Below are positions 12,780-25,367 of a stretch of 64,000 nucleotides of DNA, in pieces (within the stretch, counting starts at the first letter, position 1; every line of letters starts with the position of its first letter). A program made the position numbers and the translations under genes. The notes beneath the pieces were generated by a model that was not told the origin of the DNA, ran no database searches, and saw only the letters and a program-made list of their open reading frames with translations. Source of the stretch: Eledone cirrhosa (taxonomy: Eukaryota); NCBI GenBank assembly GCA_964016885.1, contig OZ024749.1, positions 38,998,001-39,062,000 on the forward strand. Reading direction: 5' to 3'.

Positions 12780-13166
12780 ACATCAGTCGAGATAAAATCT
12801 ATATTTGCATTTGTCAATACATCTCGCTATGACGAATTCAACGACCCGAATATGAAACTTTTCAAAAAATATTATTTGACCGTCAAATTTTAAACTACAA
12901 CAACAATAATACCAGACCTGCCAACCTCTAAAAACCCAAACGAGGAGTACTATGAAAAAATAAAAATGCCCCAAAACGGGGAGAAATGAGGCAAATTGGG
13001 AAGATTTTACATAATGAAAGCTGTACCTATTTTCATGGGAGAAGACATTTATCACCCACCCCAAAGTGGATAGGAGATTTCCCCCTCGGACGGGGAGAGT
13101 TGACATGTCTGAATACACCAGATATTTCGGTTTAGTTATATAAAATGACAGACAACAAAGTGAAAG
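12780..13166 (+). other. Candidate alternative non-coding first exon of Shank
   Basis: Locally CpG-richer non-repeat stretch ending in donor AAG/gtacgt at 13167. Confidence 0.35.
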
Positions 13167-13467
13167 GTACGTAGTTAGTTTTACGTTGTAATCTGAATTG
13201 TTTTTCTTTTAATCGATAAACTGAAATATTTATTTGTGAAAATGTTATATCTCCACTGACTTGATACTTTACAACTGTGCATCGAAACTCCAGTAAAACA
13301 AACCACCAAATAATTAGCCAAACCCTTAGATTTTTACGTTAGTTATATGATATAAAGGTTCCACAGAAGTCTTAACCCAGTCAGGAGGACTGGGAGAAGG
13401 TTTTCGAAAGTCCAACGAACCATTTCCACTTTCACAAACTTTAGTTTTCCTTGGAGTATTGATAATA

Positions 13468-13660
13468 ATAATTGTTTCTACGTTATGCACAAGGCCAGCA
13501 ATTACCCAGTACTGGTACTTTACTGGTACTTTATTTTATCGACCCCGTAAGGATGAAAGGCAAAGACAACCTCTGGGATTTGAACTCAGATCGTAAAGGG
13601 ACGTAACTATGCTGGAAAGCATGGCGTCCGACCCTCTACCGATACTGCCAATCCACCATA
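13468..13660 (-). mobile_element. ATT-tailed tRNA SINE
   Basis: Reverse complement of the 7207 family. Confidence 0.88.
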
Positions 13661-13764
13661 TATTGATAATAATAATGGTTTCTGATTTAGACACATCGAT
13701 TAATTCGAACCCAGTTCGTTATTGGTATTTTATTTTGTCGATCATGTAATGGTAACCTCGACGG

Positions 13765-13897
13765 GATTTGATGGTGATGATGATGGTGGTGGTGATGGGA
13801 ATGATGGCGATAATGATGATGATGGCGATGATGATGATGTCAATGATGGTGATGACAATGATTATGGCGATGATGATGATGATACCGATGATGATAA
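13765..13897. repeat. (GAT)n-type degenerate microsatellite
   Basis: Visible trinucleotide run. Confidence 0.9.
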
Positions 13898-14037
13898 TTA
13901 TTTCTACTTTTGGCACAAGGCCAGCAATTAACCAGTGTATTACTGGTACTTTATTTTATCGACCCCGCAAGGATGATAAAATAAAGTACCAGTAATACAC
14001 TTGGCAATTGCTGGCCTTGCGCCAAAAGTAGAAATGA
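13898..14037. mobile_element. Foldback of two SINE 3' halves
   Basis: About 60-bp inverted arms, each a SINE 3' end. Confidence 0.85.
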
Positions 14038-14478
14038 TAATGATGATAATAACGATGATGACGACTGCTTCTTCTCCCCAAAACAGACAAATGTCGTATT
14101 CTATTTCAATAAATAATGTGTGCTTAGTATAGATCGCATGTTTTTTCTTAGGTTTTCATATGAGAATAACACAGCTGTTGGTGAGATTAAAAGAAAAAAT
14201 ATATACAATAGAATTATCATTTGAAAAATACTTTAAACTCCGATATATCTCTCTCTCACACACACACACATATATATATATGTATATATATATATTTTAA
14301 TGCGTAGAAATGTCAGTGATCTCCAGCAGTCAACTGATGATGGAAATGACCCTCGTTTGTGCTTTCCTCTTATTTTTAAATACATTTTATCAAGTAACCA
14401 TACAGCTCCCTATTTATTCTAGAATATATATGTATAGAGAGAGAGAGAGATAAGTATTCCATAGACATTTTAAAGTCT

Positions 14479-14540
<62 letters not shown>

Positions 14541-14601
14541 GAAACAAAATGGCGTAGGACAGAACAAAGGAGTGGCACAGAAACAAAGAAAGGAATCCCC
14601 A

Positions 14602-14644
14602 GTCACTGAAGAGGTCACAGAGTGTGTGACGAAAGAACTATGAC
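14602..14644 (+). ncRNA. Minimal type I hammerhead ribozyme motif
   Basis: GTCA CTGAAGA g GTCACA gagtg TGTGAC GAAA GAAC TA TGAC. Confidence 0.72.
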
Positions 14645-14926
14645 AATATATAAACAACTATCTGGTTGTGGAACCAACCAACCAACCAGAAATTTATAAA
14701 TTTATTATAATAAATTGAAGTGAAAGCAACTGGTGCGTGTGTTTCTTATTGGCAACATGACCCTCCCAAAGTATAACAATATATATATATATATATATAT
14801 ATAGAACATCTTATACAAAATCACTGAGGGGTAGATCACAAAGTTATCTTCATAAGATGTTATTTATATTGGCCTCAAATTTACTTATGTATGACTATAT
14901 ATATATATATAGTCATATATAGTCAG

Positions 14927-14978
14927 GGCTTTCCTGATGATTTCCTTTGAATGAAACAGTTCTAGTCCTGTAGAAGCC
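14927..14978 (+). ncRNA. Type I hammerhead ribozyme motif
   Basis: GGCtTTC CTGATGA tTTC cttt GAAt GAA ACAG ttctagtc CTGT A GAAGCC; GUA cleavage triplet. Confidence 0.65.
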
Positions 14979-15319
14979 ATTTCTATATTAAATATTTATA
15001 ATCTGCTATGTATTGAGTACCCATACTTACTGTGGTTACCCCGATTGAACCCGATATATATATATATATATATCATCATCATCATTTTACGTCCGCTTTT
15101 CCCTGCTTGCAAGGGTGGGATGGGTCTTATTCAGCACAGCATCTCTCCACTCGTCACGGTCCTATATATATATAAATGTTTATAACTGATTTAGAGCACT
15201 CAACAGTTTTACTGGAGTAAATATTCAATGATATTAAATAAATATGTAATAAAATAAATATGGTTTTATAAATATAGTTTCCATTTATTTAATATCATTG
15301 TATATTCATTTCATTTTCA

Positions 15320-15648
15320 TTTCATTTTACGTCCACTTTTCCCTGCTTGCAAGGGTGGGACGGGAACTGATTCTGGCTTGATTTCTACAGCTGGATGCCC
15401 TTCCTAACACCAACCTCCTTTACAGTGAGTGCTGGGTGCTTTTTTGCCATGGCATCTCCACGACCACTTTGCAGTGGAATGATAGGGACTGCAGTCCCTA
15501 TCATCTCATTTCTACAGCTGAGTAAACTGGAGCAATGTGAAATAAAGTGTCTTGCTCAAGGAAACAACACATCACCCGATCTGAGAATTGAACTCACAAC
15601 CTTTCGATTGCAAGGCCAATGCTCTAACCACTAAGCCATGTGCCTCCA
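15320..15648 (-). mobile_element. CORE-like tRNA SINE with RTE-type tail
   Basis: Reverse complement of the 2760 family. Confidence 0.85.
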
Positions 15649-15889
15649 TATATATATATATAAGGCAATGATTCAAGACTGTCATCTCTGGTGCTATGTA
15701 GAAGACCTGCCATGCCGTATGCAGGAGCTGAGGTATACATCTAATATGTCGTTGCATGATCTATTTTGTCAACCAGGATAGCAATAGTTCAAATCTTTCT
15801 ACTTCGATTTGCTACCTTTAACATAATTCTCAGCGAGCTTCAGCATGATATGGTGTGTGACAAGACTGACCTTTTGAATTACAGGTGCA

Positions 15890-16470
15890 ATCCATCATCA
15901 TCATCATCATCATCACCGTTTTACGTCCGTTCTTCCACGCTAGCATGGGTTAGACGGGTTGTCCTGTTGTGTGCAGTGTCTGGTCGGCTGACCATGCCTT
16001 GCTCATACGGGAACTGATCTGGCTTGATTTCTACAGTTGGATGCCCTTCCTAACACCAACCTCATTTACAGTGAGTGCTGGGTGCTTTTTCGTGGCGCCT
16101 ACACGTCCACTTTACAGTGTGGGCTGGGTGCTTTTTTGCCGTGGCACCTCCACGACCACCTTGCAGTGGGGGGTGTGGGGGCATATTGTTTATATGCTTC
16201 AGCATGTACCCATGGGAGGTCGGGTACTCTGTATTACTGCGTGACGCCAGAAGTCACGGTCGTGTGTCATTGTCTTTGAGAGGTGTAATTGGGTAAGGTC
16301 GGCTTTTATCACCTCATCCCAGGTCATCTTGGGTCTCCCCACTCCGCGGTTTCCATCAACTTCTAGTGCTCTGCACCTTTTTATGCAGCTGTCATCCTTC
16401 ATACGCATCACATGTCCATACCAGCGCAACCGCCTCTCCTGCACACAGCATTTGATTCCTCTTATGCTCA
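15890..16470 (-). mobile_element. RTE-type LINE 3' fragment
   Basis: QERRLRWYGHVMRMKDDSCIKRC...GRPKMTW plus UTR and (ATG)n. Confidence 0.85.
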
Positions 16471-16909
16471 GTCTATCATATTATATTGTAAGTGGCTGGC
16501 TGAGTATTCCACAGATATATGCAATATATATATATACTTTTCTCTGTAAAGTTATGTTGATACCACAGAACATCCAGTCCACACTAAAGAGGTTGTGTAG
16601 GTGTCACGACAAAAAGCACCCACTCCATGCTGTAAAGTGGTCGTGTAGGAGACCTGGTTAAATGTGGTTGGTGTTAGGAAGGGCATCCAGCCGTAGAAAA
16701 CCTGCCAGATACCGTCCTATACGAGCGAGACACGGTCACCCGATCAATCTTGCCTCAAGTGGGACAATTCCCGTCTAACCCATGCTAGTGTGGGAGATAG
16801 ACATTAAGTGATGATGATGATGATGATATGCATAATCAGTGTGACAGAGTAAAGCTGAACCTTTTAATTACAGGTAGAGTCCATCTGAGAGTCTTCCACG
16901 TAGTTTGAA

Positions 16910-17380
16910 GGCGGTGGTGGTGGTAATGGGGGGGGGGGATAATGGTGGTGGTGGTGGTGACAATGGTGGTGGTAATGGGGGTGGTAGGGGCAATGGGGGT
17001 GGTGGTGACAATGGTGGTGGTGGGGACAATGGTGGTGGTGGTGGCAATGGCAGTGGTGGTGGCAATGGTGGTGGTGGTGACAATGCTGGTGGGGACAATG
17101 GTGGTGGTAATGGGGGTGGTGGTGGCAATGGTGGTGGTGGGGACAATGGTGGTGGGGACAATGGTGGTGTTGGTGATGGTGGAGGTAATGGGGGTGGTGG
17201 TGGTGATGATGGTGGTAATGGGGGTGGGGGTGGTAATGGTGGTGGTGGTGACAATGGTGGTGGTGGTGATGATGCTGGTAGTGGTGTTGAGGATGCTGGT
17301 AGTGATAGTGATGATGATGGTAGTAGCAGCAGTGGTGGTGGTGGTGTTGATGATGAAAATGATGATGATGATGATGGTAT
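16910..17380. repeat. (GGT)n/(GAT)n degenerate microsatellite
   Basis: Gly/Pro-rich ORFs arise only from the triplet repeat. Confidence 0.9.
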
Positions 17381-17654
17381 TAGTGCAGCTATGTCCTAAG
17401 TAAATATTACTAACATCTTAATTTTTCTTGTAAATACTTAACTAGATTATTATATTGATCTGTCATAGATTACTTACTTCATTAATTAATCCATTAATCA
17501 GAACATCAAGTTAATTAAATATTACTCATTTTCTAAGGATTTCTATCTCTTCCACTAACTTACGTTTTTCTTATGTGATAGAAGTAGTAGTAGTAGTATC
17601 AATAGCAGTAGTAGTAGTAGCAGTAATAGTAGTAGTAGTAGTATCAGTAGTAAT

Positions 17655-17800
17655 AATGGTTTCTGATTTAGGCACAAGGCCAGCAATTTGAGGGGAGGGG
17701 AAAGTCGATTAAATCGACCCAGTGCATGACTGGTACTTTATTTTATCGACCCTGTGAGGATGAAAGGCAAAGTTAACCTCAACGAGATTTGAACTCAAAA
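17655..17800 (-). mobile_element. ATT-tailed SINE, longer subfamily, partial
   Basis: GGCACAAGGCCAGCAATTT..GTCGATTAAATCGACCC..GGATGAAAGGCAAAG. Confidence 0.8.
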
Positions 17801-17879
17801 TTGAGTAATAATTGTTTCTACTTTTGGCACAAGGCCAGCAATTACCAGTGTATTACTGGTACTTGAGTAATAATAATAA

Positions 17880-18160
17880 GAGATTAGAATGGAATTTGAT
17901 CTCTCAAAATGTGTGACAATGGTCATGAGAAGAGGAAAGTTCAAAAGGACAGAGGAAATATAGATGCTTCTCTAGGAAATTATGAAATCTATTGGACCAG
18001 GGATATGGTACAAATACCTTTGGATTTTGGAAGCTGATAGCTTTAAACACAAGGTAATGAAGCAGATGATAACAAAAAAAGTATCGTATGAAATACTTGG
18101 GTCAAATGCTTGGGTTAAAGTTGAATTGAGGAGACGATCTCAGCAATAAATGTGAGATTG
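17880..18160 (+). mobile_element. R4/Dong-type non-LTR RT fragment (degraded)
   Basis: IRMEFDLSKCVTMVMRRGK..YKYL..LEAD matches the DIGMEFGLDKC/YKYLG region; follows (TAA)n. Confidence 0.6.
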
Positions 18161-19189
18161 ATTGTAACTATGTATGTTAAAATGATGATAATGTTATGTA
18201 ACACACCAACTTAATCAGAAAAATTATGTTATATTACTGAGCTAAATGGTTAAGAAGTTAATTTTGCAATCATTAGGATCCCGATTTAATCATGTTGTGT
18301 GGTATCTTGAGCAAATGTTGTTATAGTCTTGAATCAACCCATGTCTTGTGAGTAACATTGGGAAGATGGAAACCTGTTAAGTTGACTGTACCAGTAATTC
18401 AAAGGGCCAATGTTGTCACACACTAAGTCACACTGAATCTCCCTGAGAAGTACTTACACATTAATTTCACAAGCATGCTGTTCTATTGATCAAACAAATT
18501 ATCCATTGCATATATAACTAGATCACTCCAAATTCTTGATTATTTTCAAAATTAATCAGAAATGTGTTTCATTTAAGATATAACGATAAAAGGTTAAATA
18601 TTTAAAAGAGACATTAATTAGTTCTTGGCGTTAGTTAATTACTAGCATTGGTCTTATTCTAACTATTCACATTGTCTTCTTTTGTAATGATATTTACCTG
18701 AAGTTCACTGTTGTTGTTGTTGTTGTTGTTGTTGTTGTAAACTTTACTGTAAAGGTTGAGAGAAACAAGGGCATCTTTTACATGAAGTATGACACATCAC
18801 TCACACAAACACATACATTGTTACACATATATTGTACATATACACACACACATAACACTTCAAATACATTGCACACAGACACATGCATATGCACACAGTA
18901 CACACAGTACACACACATACATATCCCACACATCACACATGCACAATCACACATACACACAACAAATATACACTCACACATCACACATATAAAAGAAGAA
19001 AAAGACACCATTTTACAGGAGTCTTAAACTGGCAGCTGTTTTTATGTTGTTGAATTATCTTCAGCAAGTATTTAAAGGATATTTTCCCTACTAGAATAGA
19101 TGTTAATCTTGTGAGACCACATGGGAGTTTTTTATGCAATATTTTACCACCAGTTGCCCTTCCTGCTGCTAAACCTTTTAGTTCCCTCT

Positions 19190-19525
19190 TCTGACACACA
19201 AGGATACAGTGTACGTATCCTAAAGCAAAGAGACACAGGGATACAGTGTGCCTATTGTAAACCAGAGAGTCACAGGGATACAGTGTGCCTTTTGTAAACC
19301 AGAGAGTCACAGGGATACAGTGTGCCTTTTGTAAACCAGAGAGACACAGGGATACAGTGTGCCTATTGTAACCCAGAGAGACACAGGGATACAGTGTGCC
19401 TATTGTAAACCAGAGAGTCACAGGGATACAGTGTGCCTATTGTAAACCAGAGAGTCACAGGGATACAGTGTGTCAATTCTAAACCAGTTCCAACAGGGAT
19501 ACAGTTTCCTTATTCTAAACCAATT
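19190..19525 (-). repeat. 37-bp minisatellite, same family as 3770 (inverted)
   Basis: Unit ACAGGGATACAGTGTGCCTATTGTAAACCAGAGAGTC, about 8 copies. Confidence 0.9.
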
Positions 19526-20262
19526 TAGGGGATGGAGAGGAGAAGGATACTTATATTAACCTCAGTACATGGCTGATACTATATTTTATCAACCTATGAA
19601 GGGGATTCAGAACTCAGAATATAATGATTCATAACTAAATACCACAAATCACATTATTCGATGCTCTACCGATTCTGGCGATCCACCATTACCATAGAGC
19701 ATAAGGTAATAAAAGAACCACATTATTTTTCCATTTTGTTTTTCCAATGTCAATGATAATATAGTTGAGTTTTTTTTACCCCTTTTTAATTGATTGACAT
19801 TTTGATATGATTTTAGCATCATCGACCTATTTGTTTGAATGTTGTTGATTTAACCTCTGTGGTTGTCATGGTAGCACTTGAGCTGAACACTCTAACCAGT
19901 AAATCCCCACACCTTTCACAGTTAGAGTCAATGACCAACACAATAATAGCAATAAATCACAGCAAGTATACCACATTATCCAAACATACTTTGCTTGACT
20001 ATAAACTAGCCATAAAATAAATTATCAAAACTTCCATCTAATAAATACAACAGGCATAATAAACATCTCCTTATAAACTAGGTTTTATTAATATATTGTA
20101 ATATATTGTTGCATTTATACATTGAACTACGGTTGTTCATAGCAACTAAATTATTTCCTGGATGATGGAAGGAACTTACATTATAGACACACATACATAC
20201 ATACACACACATACATACATACACACACATACATGTATACATACATACACACACATACATGT

Positions 20263-20293
<31 letters not shown>

Positions 20294-20299
20294 CATATA

Positions 20300-20865
20300 C
20301 ATGTATAAAAAAGTGCAGGGCAATAAAAATAGACGGTAGCCACGGAGTAGGCAGACCCAGAAAAACCTGGGACGACTTGATAAATTCCGACCTCACACAC
20401 TTACACCTCTCCAAGACAATGTCACTGGACCGAGACCTTTGGCGCTACACAGTAATAGAGAAGACCCGCCTTACCTAAGTACAAAGTGAAACCTACTACA
20501 GTCAGTAGGCACCTCTAACAAAATACACCCCCGTCCCACTACCCCCACCCCATCCACACCACCCCTTTCAATGTAAAGTTATGTTGGTACCACAACATCC
20601 AGCCTGAAACAAATGAGGTCGTGTAGGTGTCACGACAAAAAAACACACAGTCCACGCTGTAATGTGGCCGTGTAGGTAACACGGTAAAAACCTCTCAGTT
20701 CCACACTGTAAATGTGGTTAATGTTAGGAAGGGCATCCAGCCGTAGAAAACCCGCCAGACAGTTCTATGCGAGCAAGACAACCACTCTTGCCTCAAGTGG
20801 GAAAACTCCCGTCCAAACCCATGCAAGTGTGGAATATGGACGTTAAACGATGATGATGATGATAC
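20300..20865 (+). mobile_element. RTE-type LINE 3' fragment
   Basis: CIKKCRAIKIDGSHGVGRPRKTW plus UTR and (ATG)n. Confidence 0.88.
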
Positions 20866-20877
20866 ATATATATGTAC

Positions 20878-21240
20878 ATTAAGACATGGGCCTTAGCAGC
20901 ACATTTCCTACAAAGCTAGAAATAAAAAAAGCAAGTAGGATGTAATGGATGTGTAACATAGCAAAATTGAGCTGAGAGATAAACTTGGCATAGAGAAATT
21001 TGATGTAGTGTACAAGAGAGAAGACTGCTGTGCAAGAGAGAAGGCTGTGCTGGTATGGATATATGATATGTATGGAAGATGACAACTGTATAAAGAAGTG
21101 CAGAAAAATCTTAGTTGATGGAATCTAGAAAGGCATGGCATCAAGCAGCAAAGACCAACCTTAAAAAGTTGAACCTTACAGTAAAGATGTCAAATGATCA
21201 TGAGAATTGGCAATATGTGGTACTGATGAAGATTCAGCTA
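20878..21240 (+). mobile_element. Degraded RTE fragment
   Basis: Remnant ETW..MxWMCN..ERRLCWYG motifs. Confidence 0.55.
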
Positions 21241-21424
21241 CCAGCATTAAAGATGTGTTCTAGTTCATTCATGCACCCCTCATCCACTATCACTCATTAG
21301 TAGCTATTCTCACCACCAGTGTACACCCCCAACACTTACACTATCCAGGCTTGCTTCCTCCTACTTTCTAAAATTCTGATACATTGGTCATAACCCCTTA
21401 ATAGTTGTCATCATGTCATCATTA

Positions 21425-21900
21425 TGGTTGTCTCATGGCCAGATCAACTGACCATCACTTCAGACACAGATGTTGTTCTCTGTAAAGGAAGGGCATTTGT
21501 GGTCAGTATTGTGGTTTCATGTCCAGATCAACTGACTATCACTTCAGACAGTTATTGCTCTCTGACAAGGAAGGGCAGTTGTAGTCAATATAGTAGCTTC
21601 TTGGCCAGATCAACTGACCATCACTACAGACAGATATTGCTCCCTATTAAAGAAGAGCTGTTCCTTTCAGTTGTGGTCAGTATAGTAGTTTCTTGGCCAG
21701 ATCAACTGATCGTCACTACAAACACAGATATTGCTCTCTGTCAAAGAAGGGCAGTTATGGTCAGTATTGTAGTTTTATGGACAGATCAACTGACGATAAC
21801 TTCAAACACAGATATTGCTCTCTATCAAAGAAGAGCTAGTCATTTTACACTCCACCTACTTTTTAGTTGTGGTCAGTATGGTGGTTTCATGGTCAAACAT
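21425..21900 (+). repeat. About 84-bp degenerate tandem repeat (5-6 copies)
   Basis: CAGATCAACTGA recurs near 21440, 21524, 21606, 21698, 21782. Confidence 0.85.
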
Positions 21901-22638
21901 TTTTCTGTATTAAGGTCATTATTATTCAAAGACTTTTCAATTCATTATTTTGTCATCATAAGAAGATTATTAACTGACAATTGTTCTTTTTGTTATCATT
22001 ATTATCATTATTGTTATTATTATTATTATCCCCCACATATAATGAAAGTTAATTCGTTAAGCTATATCTGCAACAGTGTGAGTATGTAGTAAATCTCGTG
22101 TAGATTAAGATAGATGTCAGCTGTCTAATTTCACCTTGTACACCTCTCATTCTTTCTATTATGGTTTTCTATTTTTCTATTATTATTTAAAGTGTTTGTA
22201 TTAACATATTTTTGTTGTGAAAAATCTCCTAATTTGTTCAAACATCATGAATTCAACTCCTGTCTATCATTTTAAAAAATATTTTCCCCCAGTCTACTTT
22301 CACTTTCTCAGCCAACCTTATTCTTTTGCACCAATCAAATCTCAGTAAATGTTTACTATGTCTCCGCCCTTGTCTGTGTTTTTCATGACCAAAAAACCCT
22401 CCAATGACCTTGACTATGTTACTACTGACTGTCTAATGTATTGCTGCTGATGTTATTGATTAATGTTATGATAATGATCCCCTCACTACAACTAGTCTCT
22501 TCAGTTTTCGATAGTATTTCGTATATGTGACATAAACCAACATTGTTTCTACCCAACTGGCAAATTTTACAATTTCTTCAATTTTCGTTCTCTAAGATTC
22601 TTACTTACCACAAATTATCTTGGACTCTTTCGGTACAG

Positions 22639-22671
<33 letters not shown>

Positions 22672-22673
<2 letters not shown>

Positions 22674-22955
22674 TGCATTTATCTTGCTTTATGTTCATAC
22701 GAGTTATCACCAAGTCACAACCAGTGACCTCAAGAGACAACAAGGTCCGCCATGTTCAAGAAAGAACATACATATTCACACATGCATCCTTAGTGTTTAG
22801 ACTTGTGATGTACTTAAATTGACAGGATCTTCCTTAGTATATGGGCAGTTCCCATTAGTACTATCTTTTGTATTTCTCCTATACGCGGGTTTCCTGGGAT
22901 TTGCGATAAGTAGTCGTTAGACCCCTTAGGAATCATTCCTAGAGCGCCTACAACT
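22672..22955 (-). mobile_element. R4/Dong-type RLE retrotransposon 3' end
   Basis: Minus strand VVGALGMIPKG...EIQKIVLMGTAHILRKILSI-stop, UTR, then (TAA)n. Confidence 0.75.
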
Positions 22956-22994
22956 TATTATTATTATTGTTATTATTATTATTATTGTTATCAT

Positions 22995-24140
22995 TCATAA
23001 CGCTTTTGCTCTGGCAGATGTTATACCGGCATTATACCAAAAGAGTGAACCATAGCCAATGGCCAAAGGTCATTTTTCTCCTTCCATTTTCTATCACCCC
23101 CCCTTAGAATCATTGCTGTTTATAGCAAGACTGTTTTCTGCAATGATCCCATCCTGGTGGTAATTCTTAGCTTCTTAAACCATGCATCCAACTTTTTACT
23201 AACTGCTCCCAGTGCACCAACCACAATTGATACCACTTCTACGTGTCTAATTCTCCATAGTTTCCCGATTTCCCTCTACAGCTCCTGGTATTTCTCAACT
23301 TTCATTTTCATTCACCCTGTGATCCCAATATCCTCAATACATGCCTTGTTATACTTCTTTTCTACAATGTCAATGTCAATGTTAAGTTTCCTAGTCACGA
23401 TAAAACAGTCACACTAGTGTGTCATGTCCCACAAGATCTGATATTGTTCATTTTCAGCAACCCTTTCTAGTTGGTCCACATACCATTTCTCCCTTCTGCT
23501 CATGTCATACTTATGACAGAGCTTCCAATGAACCAATCTGGCAATGTTGTCGTGCCTTCTCTTGTACTCTTTCTGTGCAAGTATATTACATTCAATAATA
23601 ATGTGGTTTATTGTCTCACCTTTCTCACCACACAGCCTACAAAGTGGGGAATTCACTGACTTGTCAATATTGAACTTGATATGGTTCGTGCTCAGTGCCT
23701 GTTCCTGGGCTGTGAAAATAAGGGCTTCAGTTTCAACTTTCAAGTCACTTTTCCTTGTCCATTCCCAGTTCTTATCTTTGTCAATTGTCTCAGGAATTTC
23801 ATGCAAGAATTGACCATACATTTGTTTTTCTTTCCATCTATTCAATGTGTCATTCTGTCTGTCTTGTTTAAATTCTCCCTTTTCCTTTTCTTCATCACTG
23901 TTTAGGACCTTTATCGTTCTTATCCCTGCCATCAATTCACCTTTGATTTCTTTACATACCATGTCAGATTATTTTCCTCCAGCTTCACAGACATTTCACA
24001 GCTAATGAGACTTCTTCCTCCTCTCTGTCATGATAGATACAACTTGTCCACATCATTTAGTGACATCATTTACCTGGTCTTTCTATCAAGATACTTAAGT
24101 TTATTACATCTCCACTCTATCATGCCAGCATTATACCTTA
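22995..24140 (-). mobile_element. R4/Dong-type non-LTR retrotransposon (CCHC finger and RLE region)
   Basis: CRLCGEKGETINHIIIEC, YKRRHDNIARLVHW, ILWD and IVVGALGAV motifs; ends at a TAA-rich run. Confidence 0.85.
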
Positions 24141-24142
24141 TT

Positions 24143-24306
24143 GAGGGTCGGACACCATGCTTTCTAGCATAGTTACGTCCCTTTATGGTTTGAGTTCAAA
24201 TCCCGTCGAGGTTAACTTTGTCTTTCATCCTTATGGGGTCGATAAAATAAAGTACCAGTAATGTACTGGGTAATTGCTGGCCTTGCGCCAAAAGTAGAAA
24301 CAATTA
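24143..24306 (+). mobile_element. ATT-tailed tRNA SINE (5' truncated)
   Basis: Matches the 7207 family. Confidence 0.85.
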
Positions 24307-25367
24307 TACCTTATTATTATTTACATCCGTTTTCATTTTAAATGTTTGAATATTTTTTCTTATAAAGGTGATAAATTGGTATGTTTGTTAGAATGTCAGA
24401 TAGAATAATTTGCAGTATTTATTCCATATCTTTGTACTCTGAGTTCATATCTCACTGAGGTCAACTTTGTCTCTCATCCTTTTAAGGTTGATAAATAAAG
24501 CCCAGTCCTATGCTAGGAGTAATTCTTCTTCTCTATCTCTCTGAAAGAAATTAAATCTGCTGTGTTCAGACCTGGAAAGGGGCAGGTTTAATACACAGGA
24601 CACATCATATATGATGATGACATCCTTAAAACTCCATCAGGAGTTCAAGGTCCATGGATGGATGGATAGATACATATTACCTCAGTTTCTGAAATATTTT
24701 GTTCTTGGTTATTTGATTTGGCTGATGTTTTGTAAAAAGAACTATTTGATACATTCATCTGGGTAATTGTGTTTTTAGTTTGGACATAGCTTGGCTGAAT
24801 GGTTAGGAGGTTTGCAATCATGAGGCTGCAGGTTCAATCTCAACACATGGAATCTTGGATGTCATTTATCATAGCTTTGGGTCAACCCAAGAAACTGTAT
24901 GGAAGCCCATTGAATGAACTATACCTGTAATTCAAAGGCCTATTTACAAGCTATGCCATACTGAATCTCCCTCAGAATTATGTTAAGGGTACATGTGTTT
25001 GTCGAATACTCAGGCTCTTACCTGAGGCTATGATAAATGACACTTGTCCAAGATGCCATATTGAACTCCTCTAGGTACACAAATGTTGTAATGGAGTTCA
25101 GTGAACATCTGTTGGTACACAAATGTAGTACTGGGAGATCTGTGAACTGGTGTCAGTCCACAGAGGTAGTACTGGTTGTCTGTAGGCCCACGGAAGTAGT
25201 ACTGTTTGTCTGTAGACCCCTGTTGACCCACAGACATAGAACTGGGGTCCGCAAGTTTACTGAGTAAGCAGATCTTTCAAAAACCTGGAGTCTGTGGAGA
25301 AATTCATTTAACTTTTTTGATATCAAAATGCCAGAAATTCCCCCTGGTTCTACAATACAAAAATACT

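Noticed and set aside
16868-17403. Gly-rich and Pro-rich ORFs
   Set aside because: (GGT)n microsatellite; no splice support
21424-22089. 221-aa ORF with repeated WPDQL motif
   Set aside because: 84-bp degenerate tandem repeat with alternative start and no domain or splice evidence
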